A stretch of 64,000 nucleotides of DNA from Camelus ferus (Eukaryota): contig NC_045696.1 in the NCBI RefSeq assembly GCF_009834535.1, forward strand, positions 21,826,001-21,890,000, in the 5' to 3' direction. Positions 40,241 through 52,738 of this stretch are shown in pieces. The notes under the pieces are model-generated. The model was not told the origin of the DNA, did no database searches, and was given only the letters and a program-made list of their open reading frames with translations. A program made the position numbers and the translations under genes. Numbering within the stretch: position 1 is the first letter of the stretch; every line of letters starts with the position of its first letter.

Positions 40241-40419
40241 GGTGGGGGAAAAAAAGCACTGAAAATCTCCATAAGATATCACTATGAGAAGTCCCTAACC
40301 AGCTACTTCTAAATTGCACCTCTACTGCATTTAGGAAACCTCAGTTTATAAAAGCAGAAAAGTCATTACAAAGTAACTGTTTTACCAAAAGAACTAGTTC
40401 ATAAAATATTTACTTTGGT

Positions 40420-40620
40420 TTGAGGGCTTTACAGATATTAATTACTTAATCCTCTCTACAACCTTATGGGGTAGCAACCAAAATTACATATACTCTACAA
40501 ATAAATAAACTGAGGGGTAAGTTTAAGTCTTGCCCAAAGTCACACACTTAAAAGTAGAAAGTCCAGGATTTGAGAACAGTCATTGTGACATCAGAGACTG
40601 CGTGCTAAACCATGTAATTG
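40420..40620 (-). mobile_element. MIR
   Basis: aaactgagggg...cttgcccaaagtcacacac...ccaggatttga. Confidence 0.7.
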
Positions 40621-42011
40621 TGCCCAAATACCTCTGTATCTAGGCATCTCTCTTGGCATTTTAAATGTTTCATTTGCAAAAAAAAAAAAAAATACACGCA
40701 CAGTGCAAAAAGGCCCTCAGGACATCTGTGGTATTAAATGAAGCACAGCTGTATCCCTGTCCAGCCCTGACAAGCTCTGCCAGGTTACAACACAGGGATA
40801 TTTTTCCCTCATTGACTTAAGTAGGACCTGTCTGGTACAGTCCTTTCTTATTAGAAAAAGCCATTTCATCATTTAACATTTTTTGCAGAATCATACATTC
40901 ATCCATTAGTTATCTCCAAGAGCGCTGTCAGCAAAAATTGTATCTTCAAAAAATGACAAGAAAAGCTTACAAATTTGGCCTTAAATATGAAAGTTAATGG
41001 CTAAGAGCAACTGTGTTTCATAACCCAATGTAGTCCTTAAAGAATTCTAGAATTATTGATGACATAAAATTCATTTCATTAGAACTTTGGCATTAACATT
41101 CAAGGAAAACTAGTAGATATTGAGTGTAATTCTTGGAATAGCACTTTACCTAGAATAAAAAACAATTGCAATAAATAATTCCTTTGCATGTTAATTACTT
41201 ACTTATAATTTTCAAATGCAATTATCATACCTAGTGTTGCACTGTTTTTTAGAAAAGAATTTCCTTATCAAAATGTGAATCCAAATAAAGTAAACATCAC
41301 TATTCTCAAAGGCTTAGCATCTGTATCCTGCATTTTTCTTAAAAATTGTATAGGAACACTACAGATGGTTAGAATGTTCTGTGTCAAGTTATTTAGGCAT
41401 TTTATTTTATGTGCTATTGATGGTTTCTTTTATAATTTTTACTTAATTGGAGATAAACAGCAGTATTATAAGTATCTCATAAACAAGTCAAAGTAAGGTT
41501 AAACACATGTATCTCAATTGTCATTCAGTTACCTAAGTTTAAATTTAAAACCTTAGGTCTGAAAAGGATACCATCATGGTATAAAGCTCACCATTATTCC
41601 TCACATAATACACCCTGAGAAAATTACCCACTCATGGGAAGTACGGTATTAGCCCTATTTATATGCTGTCATTCTATTTTATCAAGAAGAGCATTTCTAC
41701 CAGAAGAATGCCAGGACAGAGCTATAAATATAGACTAGGGTATGAAGAGTAGCATGGGAGTGGCAACACAGTTGTGTAAGTTATGGCAAGTCCCCAACAT
41801 AAAAGCAAGCTTTCCAAGGATAACACTCTATCAAAACTTGCTCTTGTTATATTGGGCATTAGATTTTGACTACATTGGTCAGTTGGAATCCACTCAGTCC
41901 ACTAGTACTCTATAATGACACTTGTAGTCATTGTTACCTTATGAAAACAAAAATATGAATTGAAAATTACTAAATCAGTAAATGGAATGAGAACTTCTAG
42001 AGTTTACTGTT

Positions 42012-42628
42012 ATGTGGCAGACAATTCTATGATGATCCTTGAATAATATCCTCCTCAAGAACATACACAGGACCTGTAACTTGCATCTAAAGAAGAGACT
42101 ATGGCAAAGGTGATGTAATATCACTCCTGTGATTGTCATGTTATCTTATATGGCAAAGAGAGATGAAGGGCCTTGGCAGGTGTAATTAAGGTCCCTAACC
42201 AATTTAAAGTTAGTCACAAGGGAAAAGGGGGAATTATCCTGGGTGGGACTGCACAAGCAAGTAAGCTTTTTAACATTGGGTCTAGGGTTTAGACCATAAG
42301 AAGTCAAAGAGATACTCTCCTGCTGGTGTCAAAGAAGCCAACTACAATGTTGTGAACTGCCTACAGAGGTGGGTAGCCTCTGGGAGCTGAGGACCTCAGT
42401 CTTACAACTACAGGGAACTCAATTCAGTCAACAATTTTGGGAAAGGACTGAAAACTCTATAGACGAGAAGCCAGCCCAAGATGACATCTTGATTTCAGCC
42501 TGTGAGACTAAGCAGAGGATGCTGTTGATCAGTGCTCAGACTGCAGACCTACAAAACAGTGACATGATAAATGGGTATTGTTTTAAGCTATGAAAGCTGT
42601 GGTTGTTATGCAGCATAGAAAATATACT
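42012..42628 (+). mobile_element. MLT1 (ERVL-MaLR) solo LTR
   Basis: tgtggcagacaattct...cttgatttcagcctgtgagac...ttgttatgcagcatagaaaatatac. Confidence 0.8.
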
Positions 42629-42629
42629 G

Positions 42630-45385
42630 AAGGAAAGAACTTCTGAAAGCAAGGAGTAAATATACCCAAAAATCTACTCCTCCATAAGAGCAACAGAAAC
42701 ACTAAGATTTCAGAACTCTGGGAAAAAACCATACTTACATGAATCTGAGATGTGGTTATTCCAGGAGAACAGCTGAATCTTGGTAAGAATAGCTGGTCTG
42801 GTCACATTTTAACCAACATTATCCCATCACCTTCTCCCCACCTGTGCACTGGCATTGAAAATCAGCCTTACAACTAAGATAGCTATAAAAATTGCTAGAC
42901 TAGCAACCACTGGATGGGACAAAACAGGTTTAGAAACGTTTTGAACCAGAAAGCCATATTCCCAGAGCAATGTCATTATTTAACCTATACGGTTACTGCT
43001 TGAAAATCTACACTCATAGGACTTGTCTTTATTTGACTGATTCAGAACTCTCTCAGCAAACCGCTTTTTTCCCTAGGTTTTCTGTCAGGAAAAAAAAATC
43101 AGTTGCAATTGTTGAACACCCACACCTGCTTAAGGCAGGAACAAAAATGAAAGCATAGGAGAAACTTAAAACGGGGGATGGAGGGAGGACTTGAAAGGAA
43201 AAGCTATGGGATGAGATGCCAGTAGAGAAATCTGAAAAACTGACATATTCCTGGGAATCTAGAAGGTCTTGAAAATGTGGTGATGCCAAGTAAAGGCCTG
43301 AGAAGCACTTAATCTCCCATCTGGAGCTCACTTTCGGGATCCTCACAAGCAGGAAGTGACGGCTAAGATAAACTGTAAACTGCTGGAGCTACTAACAGTT
43401 TGCTCCAGTACTTAGACTCCCTTAGGAAAGAGTGGGAGACTTATTCTTTCAAAACCTTTAAGGAAAAACTCTGTCCAATCATTTGCTGACCACTAAGCTA
43501 ACTGGGCAGAGAAATCAGTGGCCACACATGACAAAAAATACAGACCAGTAACAAACAGGAGAGAATATGGTGGGGGAGCTGATTTTCAGAGATGTCATAT
43601 TATTTAAAATGTCTAATTTCCAAAGAAATTTCAAGATGCTCAAAAAACAGGTTGTATTGCTATATACTAGAAAAAAAAAACAAATCCGTAGAATCTGTCC
43701 CCAAGAAAACCCAGAAATTGAAGTTACTAAGCAAAGCTTTTAAAAGTTATTATAAATACATTGAAAGAACTAAAGGAAACCATGTCTAAAAAACAAAGGG
43801 AAGTATGAGAATGAAAGACTACAATTAAATAGAAATTATAAAGAACCAAATAGAAATTCTAGAGTTCAAAAAAAGACAAAACCAAAAGTTTGCAAAAGAA
43901 AATAAAGATTAGACCAGAAATAAATAAAATAAAGCAAAACAATAGAAACAGTCAAAATCAGAAGTTGTCCTTTGAATCACATGGTTCCAAACACACACTT
44001 TCTGGCTTCAAAACTTACTACAAAGCTAGAGTGATCAAGACAATGTAGCCAAGGCATAAGAATAGATATGTAGCGAGGGAGGGTATAGCTCAAATGATAG
44101 AGTGCATGCTTAGCATGCACAAGGTCCTGGGTTCAATCTCCAGTACCTCCATTTAAAAAAAAAAAAAAGTAAAAAAAAAAAAAGGAACAGATATGTAGTC
44201 AGTAGAAAATATCAAGGAAAATGGCACAACTTTACCTAGACTAATGAAAAAAGTGAGACAAATTACTAAAACAGGAAAACAAAACAATTACTGCCTGCCT
44301 TACAGAAATAGAGATTAAGGGAGTATTATTGACAGCCATGTCAATGAATTAAATAATTTGATGAAATGCACACATACAAGACACAGAGTACTAAAACTGA
44401 CTCAAAAAGAAATAAAAACATCTTAATTAACCTGTTAACAAGACACTAAATTAGTATCAAAAAATTCTCACAGAGAATTTTTCACAAGTCACGCCTTGAT
44501 GGCTTCACTGGCAAATCCTGTCAAACAAAGTAGTAACAATTGTTCAAACTCTTGCAAAAAAAAAAAAAACTGAAGACGGAACATTTCCGAACTTACTTCA
44601 TGAGGTCAGTCTTCCCAGAATTCCAATACCAGCCAAAGACAGGATCAGAAAACTACAAACTAACATTCCTTATGAATATATACCCATTCTCAAAATACCA
44701 GAAAACTGAATCCAGCAACATAAAGAGAATTATAAAAACGACCAAGTGAGATTTAACCAAAGAACACAAGGTTGATTCATCATATGAACTCAGAATATAG
44801 CTTCTTAACACAAAAGGTAAAGAATAGTCTTTTTAACAAGTGTTGCTTGGACAACTGGATATCCACAAATGAAATAAAGTTGGACCCCAACCTTACATTG
44901 TAAAAAAAGTCAACTCAAAACAGACCAGAGATAAATGCAAGAGCCCAAACTATGGAACTCTTTAAATAAAATACATGAGTCAATTTTTGTAATCTTGGAT
45001 TAATGTTTCTTAAACATGACACAAAAGCAAAAACATAGAAAAACTGGAGTTTAAAATTAAAAAGCACTGTGATTCAAAGGTCATCATCAAAAAAAGTAAA
45101 ACTGGAATCAAGGAAATATTTGCAATTCATATATCTGATAAGGAACTGGTATTCAGAATATATAAATAACACTTACAATTCATCAATAAAAAGACAATCA
45201 AATTTTAAAATGGCAAATGATTTGAATTGACATTTCTCCAAAGATGACACACAAATGGCTGATAAGCACATGAGAAGATGTTTACTATCATAAGTCACTA
45301 GGGAAATGAAAATCAAAACTGCAGTGAGATACCATTTTGCCACACCAGAATGGCTAAATGAGAGATAGACAATAACCAGTGTTGA
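42630..45385 (+). mobile_element. Old fragmented L1 (5' region, ORF1 and ORF2 pieces)
   Basis: aagaaccaaatagaaattctagagtt (ORF1); gatggcttcactggcaaatc, aattgacatttctccaaagatgacacacaaatggc and ggaaatgaaaatcaaaactgcagtgagataccatt (ORF2). Confidence 0.8.
44074..44182 (+). mobile_element. tRNA-derived SINE (camelid Vic-1-like)
   Basis: gggagggtatagctcaaatgatagagtgcatgcttagcatgcacaaggtcctgggttcaatctccagtacctcca plus poly(A); A and B boxes; TSD aagaatagatatgtag (44058-44073) and aggaacagatatgtag (44183-44198). Confidence 0.9.
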
Positions 45386-45389
45386 CAAC

Positions 45390-45550
45390 TCCAGCTCTGG
45401 AGCAAGAACGCTTGGATTCAAATGCACATGTTGCCATTTGCTAACTATGACCACGGACTAATGGTTCAGCCTCAGTTCTCACTGGGAAAATGTTAGCAGT
45501 AACATACTTACCTTCTAGGCTTGTTTTAAGGCTAATTCAAATAGTCAATA
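45390..45550 (+). mobile_element. MIR
   Basis: ctctggagcaagaacgcttggattcaaat...gcctcagttctcactgggaaaatg. Confidence 0.6.
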
Positions 45551-46339
45551 TAAAAATAAAACAGATTTTTAAAGTTTTAAAGTGGTAGAAGTATGTAAAA
45601 TAATACTTTAAAAGTCTTAATCAAAATATCTCACAAAAATCTTCCCCATTGCCTCCCAAAAAAGAATACAAAACATGAAATTAGAAAGGTATTATAACTC
45701 TTCATAAAAAATTTTTAAAGAATTCTAATAATGATCTTTTCTTACCTATGTAAACTACATTTGAAAAGTGGATAAAGTGAATTACCAAACTGATCCTGGT
45801 ATTAAAAATAAATAATAAACAAGTTGTTTTACCAGAGGAGAAATTGAGGGAAAAATAAAAAAATTTTTAAAGGAACAATCTACTGCCTCCATCTGTACCT
45901 ACCCTGACCCCTAACCCTCAGAAAGCCCTGAAATTACTAGGCTTAAATATTTTCATAGGCACACTTTAGCAAACCTTCATGGATCAGGAAACTCCATTGC
46001 TATTTAAACCACTCAAAACATAAAATGGGAAATTCTTAGTACCAGCATAAAATTAATCCCACCACAAATAACACAATAAAAGAAGTCTACAGGGTCATCT
46101 TATCAATAAATAATGATACAAATTCCTAAATAAAATTATAGTAAATAGAATTCAGTAACATCAAGTGATGTCATTTCAGAAATATCAGGATAAAATATTT
46201 GAAAATCTATTAATATAACAGCACAACACTAATTCAAAGGAAAAGGCCTATTATGAGAAAGATCTAATTGCCCTTGTATTATACAGACCGACACATGTCA
46301 AAACCAGAGTCAGCATGTTTAATGGGGAATCATAAACTC

Positions 46340-46941
46340 TGTGGTTGGCAGAGTTCCAAGATGGAACTTAAGATTTCTGCTCCCTTAATGTACATATCTT
46401 GCATAATTCCCTTTCACTGAATGTGGGCAGAATCTGTAAACATGATCACATAATGGGATGTCATTCCCTTGACTATGTTATAAAAGGGGTTTTGCATGTA
46501 CAATTAATGTTACTCATCAGTTGATTTTGAGCTCATAGAAAGGGAGATTATTCAAGTGGGCCTGTCCTAATCCTGTGAGCCCTTAACAGCACCTAGCACC
46601 TTCCTGGAAAGAAAAAAAAAATCTGAAGCATGAAAGAGTATATTGGTGGGGGAGGGGACCTCCTGGCAGGAACTTCAGGCAGCCCCTAGGAGCTGAGAGC
46701 TGCCACCAGCGGACAACCAAAAGAGAACAGGAGTCCTCAGTCCTGCAACCACTAAAAACTGATTTCTACCAACAATCACATGAGCTAAAGAGGACTTCCA
46801 GTTCCAGGAAGGATGCAGCCTGGCTAATCACTTAATTTCTGCCTTGTGAAACTCCGAGCAGAGAATCCAGCTAAACTGAGTCCAGAATTTGTTTTAAGCC
46901 CTGTCTGTGATAAGTCATATACAAAAAAGAAAAACAATGCA
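46340..46941 (+). mobile_element. MLT1 solo LTR inserted in an old L1 fragment
   Basis: tgtggttggcagagttccaagatgg...gggagattattcaagtgggcctgtcctaatc...gccttgtgaaactccgagcagagaatccagcta. Confidence 0.75.
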
Positions 46942-47011
46942 CGTTCTCATTAAAGTTAACGAGACAAAAACTTCCAACTTAACTTCCTACTTAATATTCA
47001 TCTTGAAATAG

Positions 47012-47443
47012 TGTGGAGGTAGTATCGTCAAAAAAAAATGCAGATAGCAGTCATTTTAATCCCACACACCCTTCTAGGATTTTGTCATACCTTCATCAAG
47101 AGGTGGAGATTTTCTCCTGTCCTTGAAACTCGGTAGTTTTTTGTGATTCTCCTGGGGAGTAACTCAGAAGTGACACTATGAATTCTGAGGTTAGGTTCTA
47201 AAAGGCAGTTTGGCTTTCATCTGATTCTCTCCCTCTTGAGACTCTCACTCTTGGAAGTCAGCCACCACGCTGCAAAGAGGTCTACTGCCCAGGCTTCTAG
47301 CCACTTCTGTTGCCATGAGTAAAGCAGAGATGCGGTGTTCTTGCCAACTACTGCCCAAACTGCAGGTTCTTGAGCAAAATAAGTGTTACTGCTGTATTAA
47401 ATTAAATCAAAGGTTTTTTAAATGCAGAAATAGATACCAGAAT
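47012..47443 (+). mobile_element. MLT1 (older subfamily) LTR
   Basis: ccttcatcaagaggtggag...cagaagtgacactatgaattctgagg...ctgcccaaactgcaggttcttgagcaaaataa. Confidence 0.65.
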
Positions 47444-47604
47444 AAAAATTTTTAAAGATGAAAGAAGGCAAACTTATCTTTACTTGAAATACTGAATTAT
47501 ATAACAAAAATCTAAATGGATCAAATAAAAAACATAAAATGCCTGAAGCAGCTTTGTGATAATTAATTTTACGTGTCAAGATTTAATGACGACTTATGTG
47601 AGTG

Positions 47605-47815
47605 CAGCAATTCTTAACGGGGATTGATTTCCTCCCCAGAGGACAATTGCCAACGTCTGGAGATATTTTGGATTCACAGCTGGGGAGGCGCTACCCACAT
47701 CTAGTGGGTAGAGGCCAGGGATGCTGTTAAACATCTTTAAATGTACAGGACAATCTCCACAATGAAGAATTATTTGGTCCAGGATATCAATAGTACCAAG
47801 CTTGAGGAAACACTG
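47605..47815 (+). mobile_element. MER20 (hAT-Charlie)
   Basis: Full-length match to recalled MER20 (catctagtgggtagaggccagggatgctg); degenerate 8-bp TSD tgtgagtg/ggtcagtg. Confidence 0.9.
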
Positions 47816-47857
47816 GGTCAGTGTAATGGCAATGGAAAGAAACGGGCATCTTCAAAG

Positions 47858-48010
47858 CAGTCATCCTCCAGCGTCTACAGATGATTGCCCCCCACCTCCA
47901 CCTCAAGGATACTAAAATCCAGGATGCTCAAGTCCCTTATATAAAATGGCTTAGAACAGTGTGCCCACCACCTCACAGATGTGAAACCTGGGAATATGGA
48001 GGGCCAACAG
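47858..48010 (+). mobile_element. Short MER2-related Tigger derivative
   Basis: ggatactaaaatccaggatgctcaagtcccttatataaaatggc is shared with the MER2 at 8652; Tigger-like right end atatggagggccaacag|ta. Confidence 0.7.
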
Positions 48011-48019
48011 TACATATCA

Positions 48020-48470
48020 GGGGTAGAATAACAGAATTGCTTATAAGAGATGATGGAAAGGGAGGAACAATGATAACTTCCTGGATTTTTGGCTTCACTA
48101 GCCTAACGGATGGTGGAACCATTACTGAAAGGAGGAGAACTGGAGAACAGACTTCTGTGTTTGGGATAATCAACAGTTTCATTTTAGTCAATTTAAGTTT
48201 GAGGTGCCTATCACAAATCTAAGTGGAGATGGTAATCCAACAAATCCAAGTTGGACAGACAAGTATGGAGCTGTGAAAAGACCAGGACTAGTGATATACA
48301 CTTAGAATATTTATCATTCAATCCTCAGTCTTATGACATCGGCATCATCTCTCATCCAATAGTTCAGTAAACAGAGGCTCAGGGAGAAGTGAAATCATAG
48401 AGTTAGTGATTGCTAAGCCTGACACTTGGAACCAGATTTGTCTAATTCCAAAGTCTTTGCTTTTAACCAC
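48020..48470 (-). mobile_element. L2 fragment followed by MIR
   Basis: ttcattttagtcaatttaagtttgaggtgcct (L2); aaacagaggctcagggagaagtgaa (MIR). Confidence 0.6.
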
Positions 48471-49479
48471 GAAAAACAAACAAAAAAATGAAATGACTAC
48501 ACCAGCCTAAAGAAACAGATTTCTAAGTTGTCTAGATAGCAGAGTACAGAATGAAGAGTATTATTGGATATCAGATCCCTGACTTTTAGCTATGGTCTAG
48601 ATCCTACTTTGACTGCACTCATTTTTAAGTGCCACTGCATTTTTTTGTGCTTGCTTGAAATTGAATTCCTGGCTTCACGCTTGCAATCAAAGTATTTTAA
48701 TTAAATCTCTCCTGTAGATTTGAATTTACTTGCCATCTGGAATGCAGGATAAGCTCAAAGACTTTTAACTTAATTGGGGTGCAAGCCCTTTTGTTTGGCC
48801 CCCGTGCTGTTTGGCAGCCCTGGTCCTGTTGCCTCTGTCTGGGACGAGCTTCCATTCAGACTGCAGTCAGCAAAATGAGACCTCAGGAAAAGTGCTGATG
48901 CCTACCACTGCAAGCTGAAACCACTTAATTAATATACAGGTTTAATGCATTTGGTAATTAAAATTTAATTCTTTAAATACATACAATAGAAACAACTCCT
49001 CCTGCAAGCATTTAATCCATTGTGCCGCTAAGAATAAAGTTGAGGAGGGAATTGAAATGGGGTTGCTTCTCCTTTTTAAGCATTAATCACACCCCGATCA
49101 GTAAAGCTATTGCATGTGCTTTGCCCTGGCTGATTGATCACCATTCTCGCTGAGTCTTGAGCCTTCTCTTTTAGTGAGACAGCTCTTTTATCACAGAAAA
49201 CCTGTGAATACAGAGAAGCCCCTATACAAATATGGTTTATCATTGAAGTATAAACAATTCTTCAAGAAATTTAAGCTACCCTCCAAACAAGCAAACAAAA
49301 GTCTCAGCATAAAAATTCAGTGAGTAGATGAACTAGGATCCAAACCATATTTTTACCCTCCTGAGACTCTAAGGTTTGAGTAATTTATAAGAAGAGCTCA
49401 TGATACATACCATTTGGGGAAAAAAAGATCCAGAACCTATTTAGTAAGGAAATACAGAGTAGAGCTTAGTGAAATTTTG

Positions 49480-49770
49480 GTCCCTAGCTATATCCTGCTC
49501 AAAACAAAAAGACGTTTCCTGTCAAGCAAATTTGAGAAATACTGCCTTTCACATCACTCTCTAGGAGAGACACAACTCGTACTAGCATTTTAAAGTTCTA
49601 AAAAAAAAAAAAAGAAAAAAAGAAATCCTGCAGTATAACTAAGAAGAACAAACAAAATGTCTTACTTTATCCAATCGAACATTTCCTGGCCATGGAACTC
49701 TTAAAAAATGGCATTCATTAAGATCCTGTAGAAGTAATATTCCAAAAAACATAATTGGAGAAACACTTGA
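49480..49770. mobile_element. Probable old hAT-Charlie MER element
   Basis: tcaagcaaatttgagaaatactgc...tagcattttaaagttct...aatcctgcagta resembles MER103/MER113-type consensus; subfamily uncertain. Confidence 0.45.
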
Positions 49771-49879
49771 TTTTTCCCTTCCAAACTCTGACATTTGCTC
49801 ATTCAGTAAAGCTCTTTAAGAAAATACTTTAGCTGCCTCATAAGGACTCATCTGTTCAATAAATACTTACTTATATACA

Positions 49880-50840
49880 TGTACCAAAAGTCATATATAA
49901 AAATTTTCACAGCAGCACTATTTGCAATGGTCCCAAGCCATAAATACTCCAACATCCTTCAACAGTAGAATGGATCAATATATGTGTGTGGGCAGTGAAC
50001 AAAACACAGAATAGTAATGAAAATGAATCACTGATACACATGATGATATGGACAAATCACATGAACACAATACTGAGTCAAAGAAGACCAGAACACATTG
50101 TATATGTTCTATTTACTTAAAATAGAACTTCAAAAACAGGTGTTATGGGTTGAATTGCGGCCCCCACCCCTATGCATAATGTTGAAGTCCTAACCTCCCG
50201 TATCTCAGAACATGAGCTTATTTGTCAATAGGGTCGTTATAGATGTAATTAAGATGAAGTTAAACTGGAGTAGCCTGAGCCCCTAATCCAATAGGATGTG
50301 TCCTTATGATAGGGGAAATTTGCACACAGAGACATACACACATGCCATGTGAAGATGAAGGCAGAGATCCAGGTGATGCTTCTACAAGCCAAAGAATGCA
50401 ATGCTCCTGCAAACCATCAGGAGCCAGGGGAAAGGCATGGACAGATTAGATCCTCCCTCACAGCTTCCACTAGGAACCAACACTGTAGACACCTTGATCT
50501 TCCACCTCTAGCCTTCAGAACTGAGGCAATAAATTGCTGTTGTTGAAGCCACCCGGTTTGTGGCACTTGGTTACAGCAGTCCTAGCAAACTAATACAACA
50601 GGCAAGACTGATTCACGGCATTATAAGTCAGGATAGCGACTGTCTTTGGAGAGTGGAGTTGGGGAGGGGACGGTGATTCAGAGGCTGAGAGGGGGAAGGT
50701 GGTGGTGTGCTTCTGGGAAGTCAACAGTATCTTCATCTGAATGGTAGTTAATGGTTACATGTGTATGTTATTTTCTTAAAACTCAACCAGCCGTACACTT
50801 AGGATTTGTGCCTTTTCAGTTCTAAGCTATATTTCAAAAA
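49880..50840 (+). mobile_element. L1ME-like 3' end, interrupted by an MLT1
   Basis: tcacagcagcactatttgcaat..ccttcaacagtagaatggat; ttcaaaaacagg|caagactgatt; gtacacttaggatttgtg. Confidence 0.75.
50141..50597 (+). mobile_element. MLT1C-like solo LTR
   Basis: TG...CA termini (tgttatgggttgaattg...gcaaactaataca) with perfect 5-bp TSD ACAGG at 50136-50140 and 50598-50602. Confidence 0.92.
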
Positions 50841-50869
50841 TGTTTTTTTTTTTTTAAAGAAATATTTAC

Positions 50870-51350
50870 CAGTGAGCAGACACAATCTGATCCTGGGGAA
50901 CTTTCAGCCTAGAGGGAGAAGCAGACAAGGCAAAGGGAAATTACACTGGGAAAATAGCCTCTGAAGAAGGGTTCAGTAAAGCGCAGTAGAAGCACCCTGT
51001 CTTGGGGGTGGGGGGCAGGGGGGATAGAGTTCCCAGAGGAATCAAATGATAAGAAGCTGAGACTTGAACAAGTACAAAGTAACATGAAAGAGTGCAAAAT
51101 ATGTTGCAGTCTGAGCAAACAGCATGTCAAGGAATGGGGTAGGGGGAGTAAAAGCAAAAATTAAGAGCATGATTGATTTAAGGAACTAAAAGTTCTACTG
51201 GCTGAAGCACCAAGCGGAAGGTGTGGCGTGTAGAGAGAGAATGGGGAGAAATGAGCAGCAGCTGCACGACGGGGGCTCGGGAAGACGCCACAGAGCTTTG
51301 CAGGCCTCAATACGACTTCACTGGAAGTCAAGGAGTTTTAAGTACTGTTT
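50870..51350 (-). mobile_element. L2 fragment
   Basis: agcctagagggagaagcagac; aagctgagacttgaacaagtacaaag; aacagcatgtcaagg. Confidence 0.55.
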
Positions 51351-51723
51351 TTTTACATTTTAAAAAAAGAGCTGATATAAATTGATGAAAATACGCCCTC
51401 CCTTTTCCCAGATGACACTGAACTCTCCAAATTCCAGAAAGCAATTCTCTGTTCCAGCTAATCACAGGGCTCACACTTTATAAAGAGAATAAGGACCAAA
51501 GATAGAGTATTTTGTACTTTAGAAAAGGAGTAATCAGCTTTCACCTAGACAATAATTTCGAGGTCAGTTTTAAGAGCATCAGCTTTAAATTTAACTGCAC
51601 CTGCCTTTGAGACCTTGTCCTCCAACCCGCTAGCGGGTGACCTTGTGTGTCTTTCTCCAGACATTCATTTCCCTTCCTCCTAGGGCTGCTGAAACGATTA
51701 AATAAGATATATAAATAAAATAC

Positions 51724-52211
51724 TGGTATTAGTTCCCTATTGCTACTGTAACAGATTACCACAAAGTTAATTGCTTAAATAAATGCCATTTTGTTCGTTT
51801 GTTTGTTTTTTAGCTTACAGGCCTGTAGGTACAAAGTCTGAAGAGGGTCCCCCTGGGCTAAAAGCAAGGAAGTTTCCCTTTCTGGAGACTGTAGTGAAGA
51901 ATCCATTTCCTTACCTCGTCCAGCTTCTGGAAGCTATCTGCGTTCCTTGGTTCGTAGCTCTTTACCATCTTCAAAGCCAACCACAGCAAGTCGGGGCCTT
52001 CCCACACTGCCATCCATCTAACTGAGCTGGGAAAGGTGCTCCCTTCTTAAAGACTCGCGTGATTAGATTGAGCCCACCTGGATAACGCCCAGCGCAAGGT
52101 CCTTAATCTCAATCACATGCGCAAAGCCCCTTTTAACATTTAAAGTAACAGACTCACAAGTTTTGAGAATTACAACACATACCTCTTGGTTACCTCCACG
52201 TACCTACCACA
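51724..52211 (-). mobile_element. MLT1 solo LTR
   Basis: gtattagttccctattgctactgtaacagattaccacaaa...gattagattgagcccacctggataa...cctaccaca. Confidence 0.85.
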
Positions 52212-52587
52212 ATCTGGTCACAAAGCCCAAATAAGGAAGCTGTCAAAAATTGGCCCCTTATATTTTCATTCTTTTTTTCCAATGTTTTAATTTTTTGCCA
52301 GTTTTATTGAGATATAAATGACATACAATACTGTGTAAGTTCTTTTTTTTTTAACAATCAAGTCAGGTTTAACAATCAAGTCATTTGTGTGGAAATTTAC
52401 TCCAATAATATTTGAAGTTAGCCTGCAAAACTAAGCATTTTCAATATCTGATGAGGCTTCTTTTGGGAAAAAAAGACATTATCCCAATACAGCAGAAAAC
52501 TTTCAATGGCGGTGGAGGGGAATAAACTAGGCCAATTTTTGAGCGCTTCCCATGTTAAATCATCACCATTTCCCACCTTAAATGCCA

Positions 52588-52686
52588 ATCCCATATAGGA
52601 CAGGAAAGTGACCCCCACAAAAAAAAAAACACTGACAAAGAATTAACTAGCACGAAATGTCAACAGAGCCATGGTTGAGAAATTGA
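52588..52686 (+). mobile_element. MER20 3' half (inverted relative to its 5' half)
   Basis: cagga..cccccacaa..acaaagaatta..aaatgtcaacagagccatggttgagaaa matches the MER20 3' end. Confidence 0.75.
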
Positions 52687-52738
52687 CTTCAGGCAAGAAA
52701 GATTTTAGAGCATGTTTAAACACAAATGTTTGGCAGAG

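Noticed and set aside
44074..44151. tRNA gene
   Set aside because: Poly(A) tail and TSD indicate a retroposed SINE
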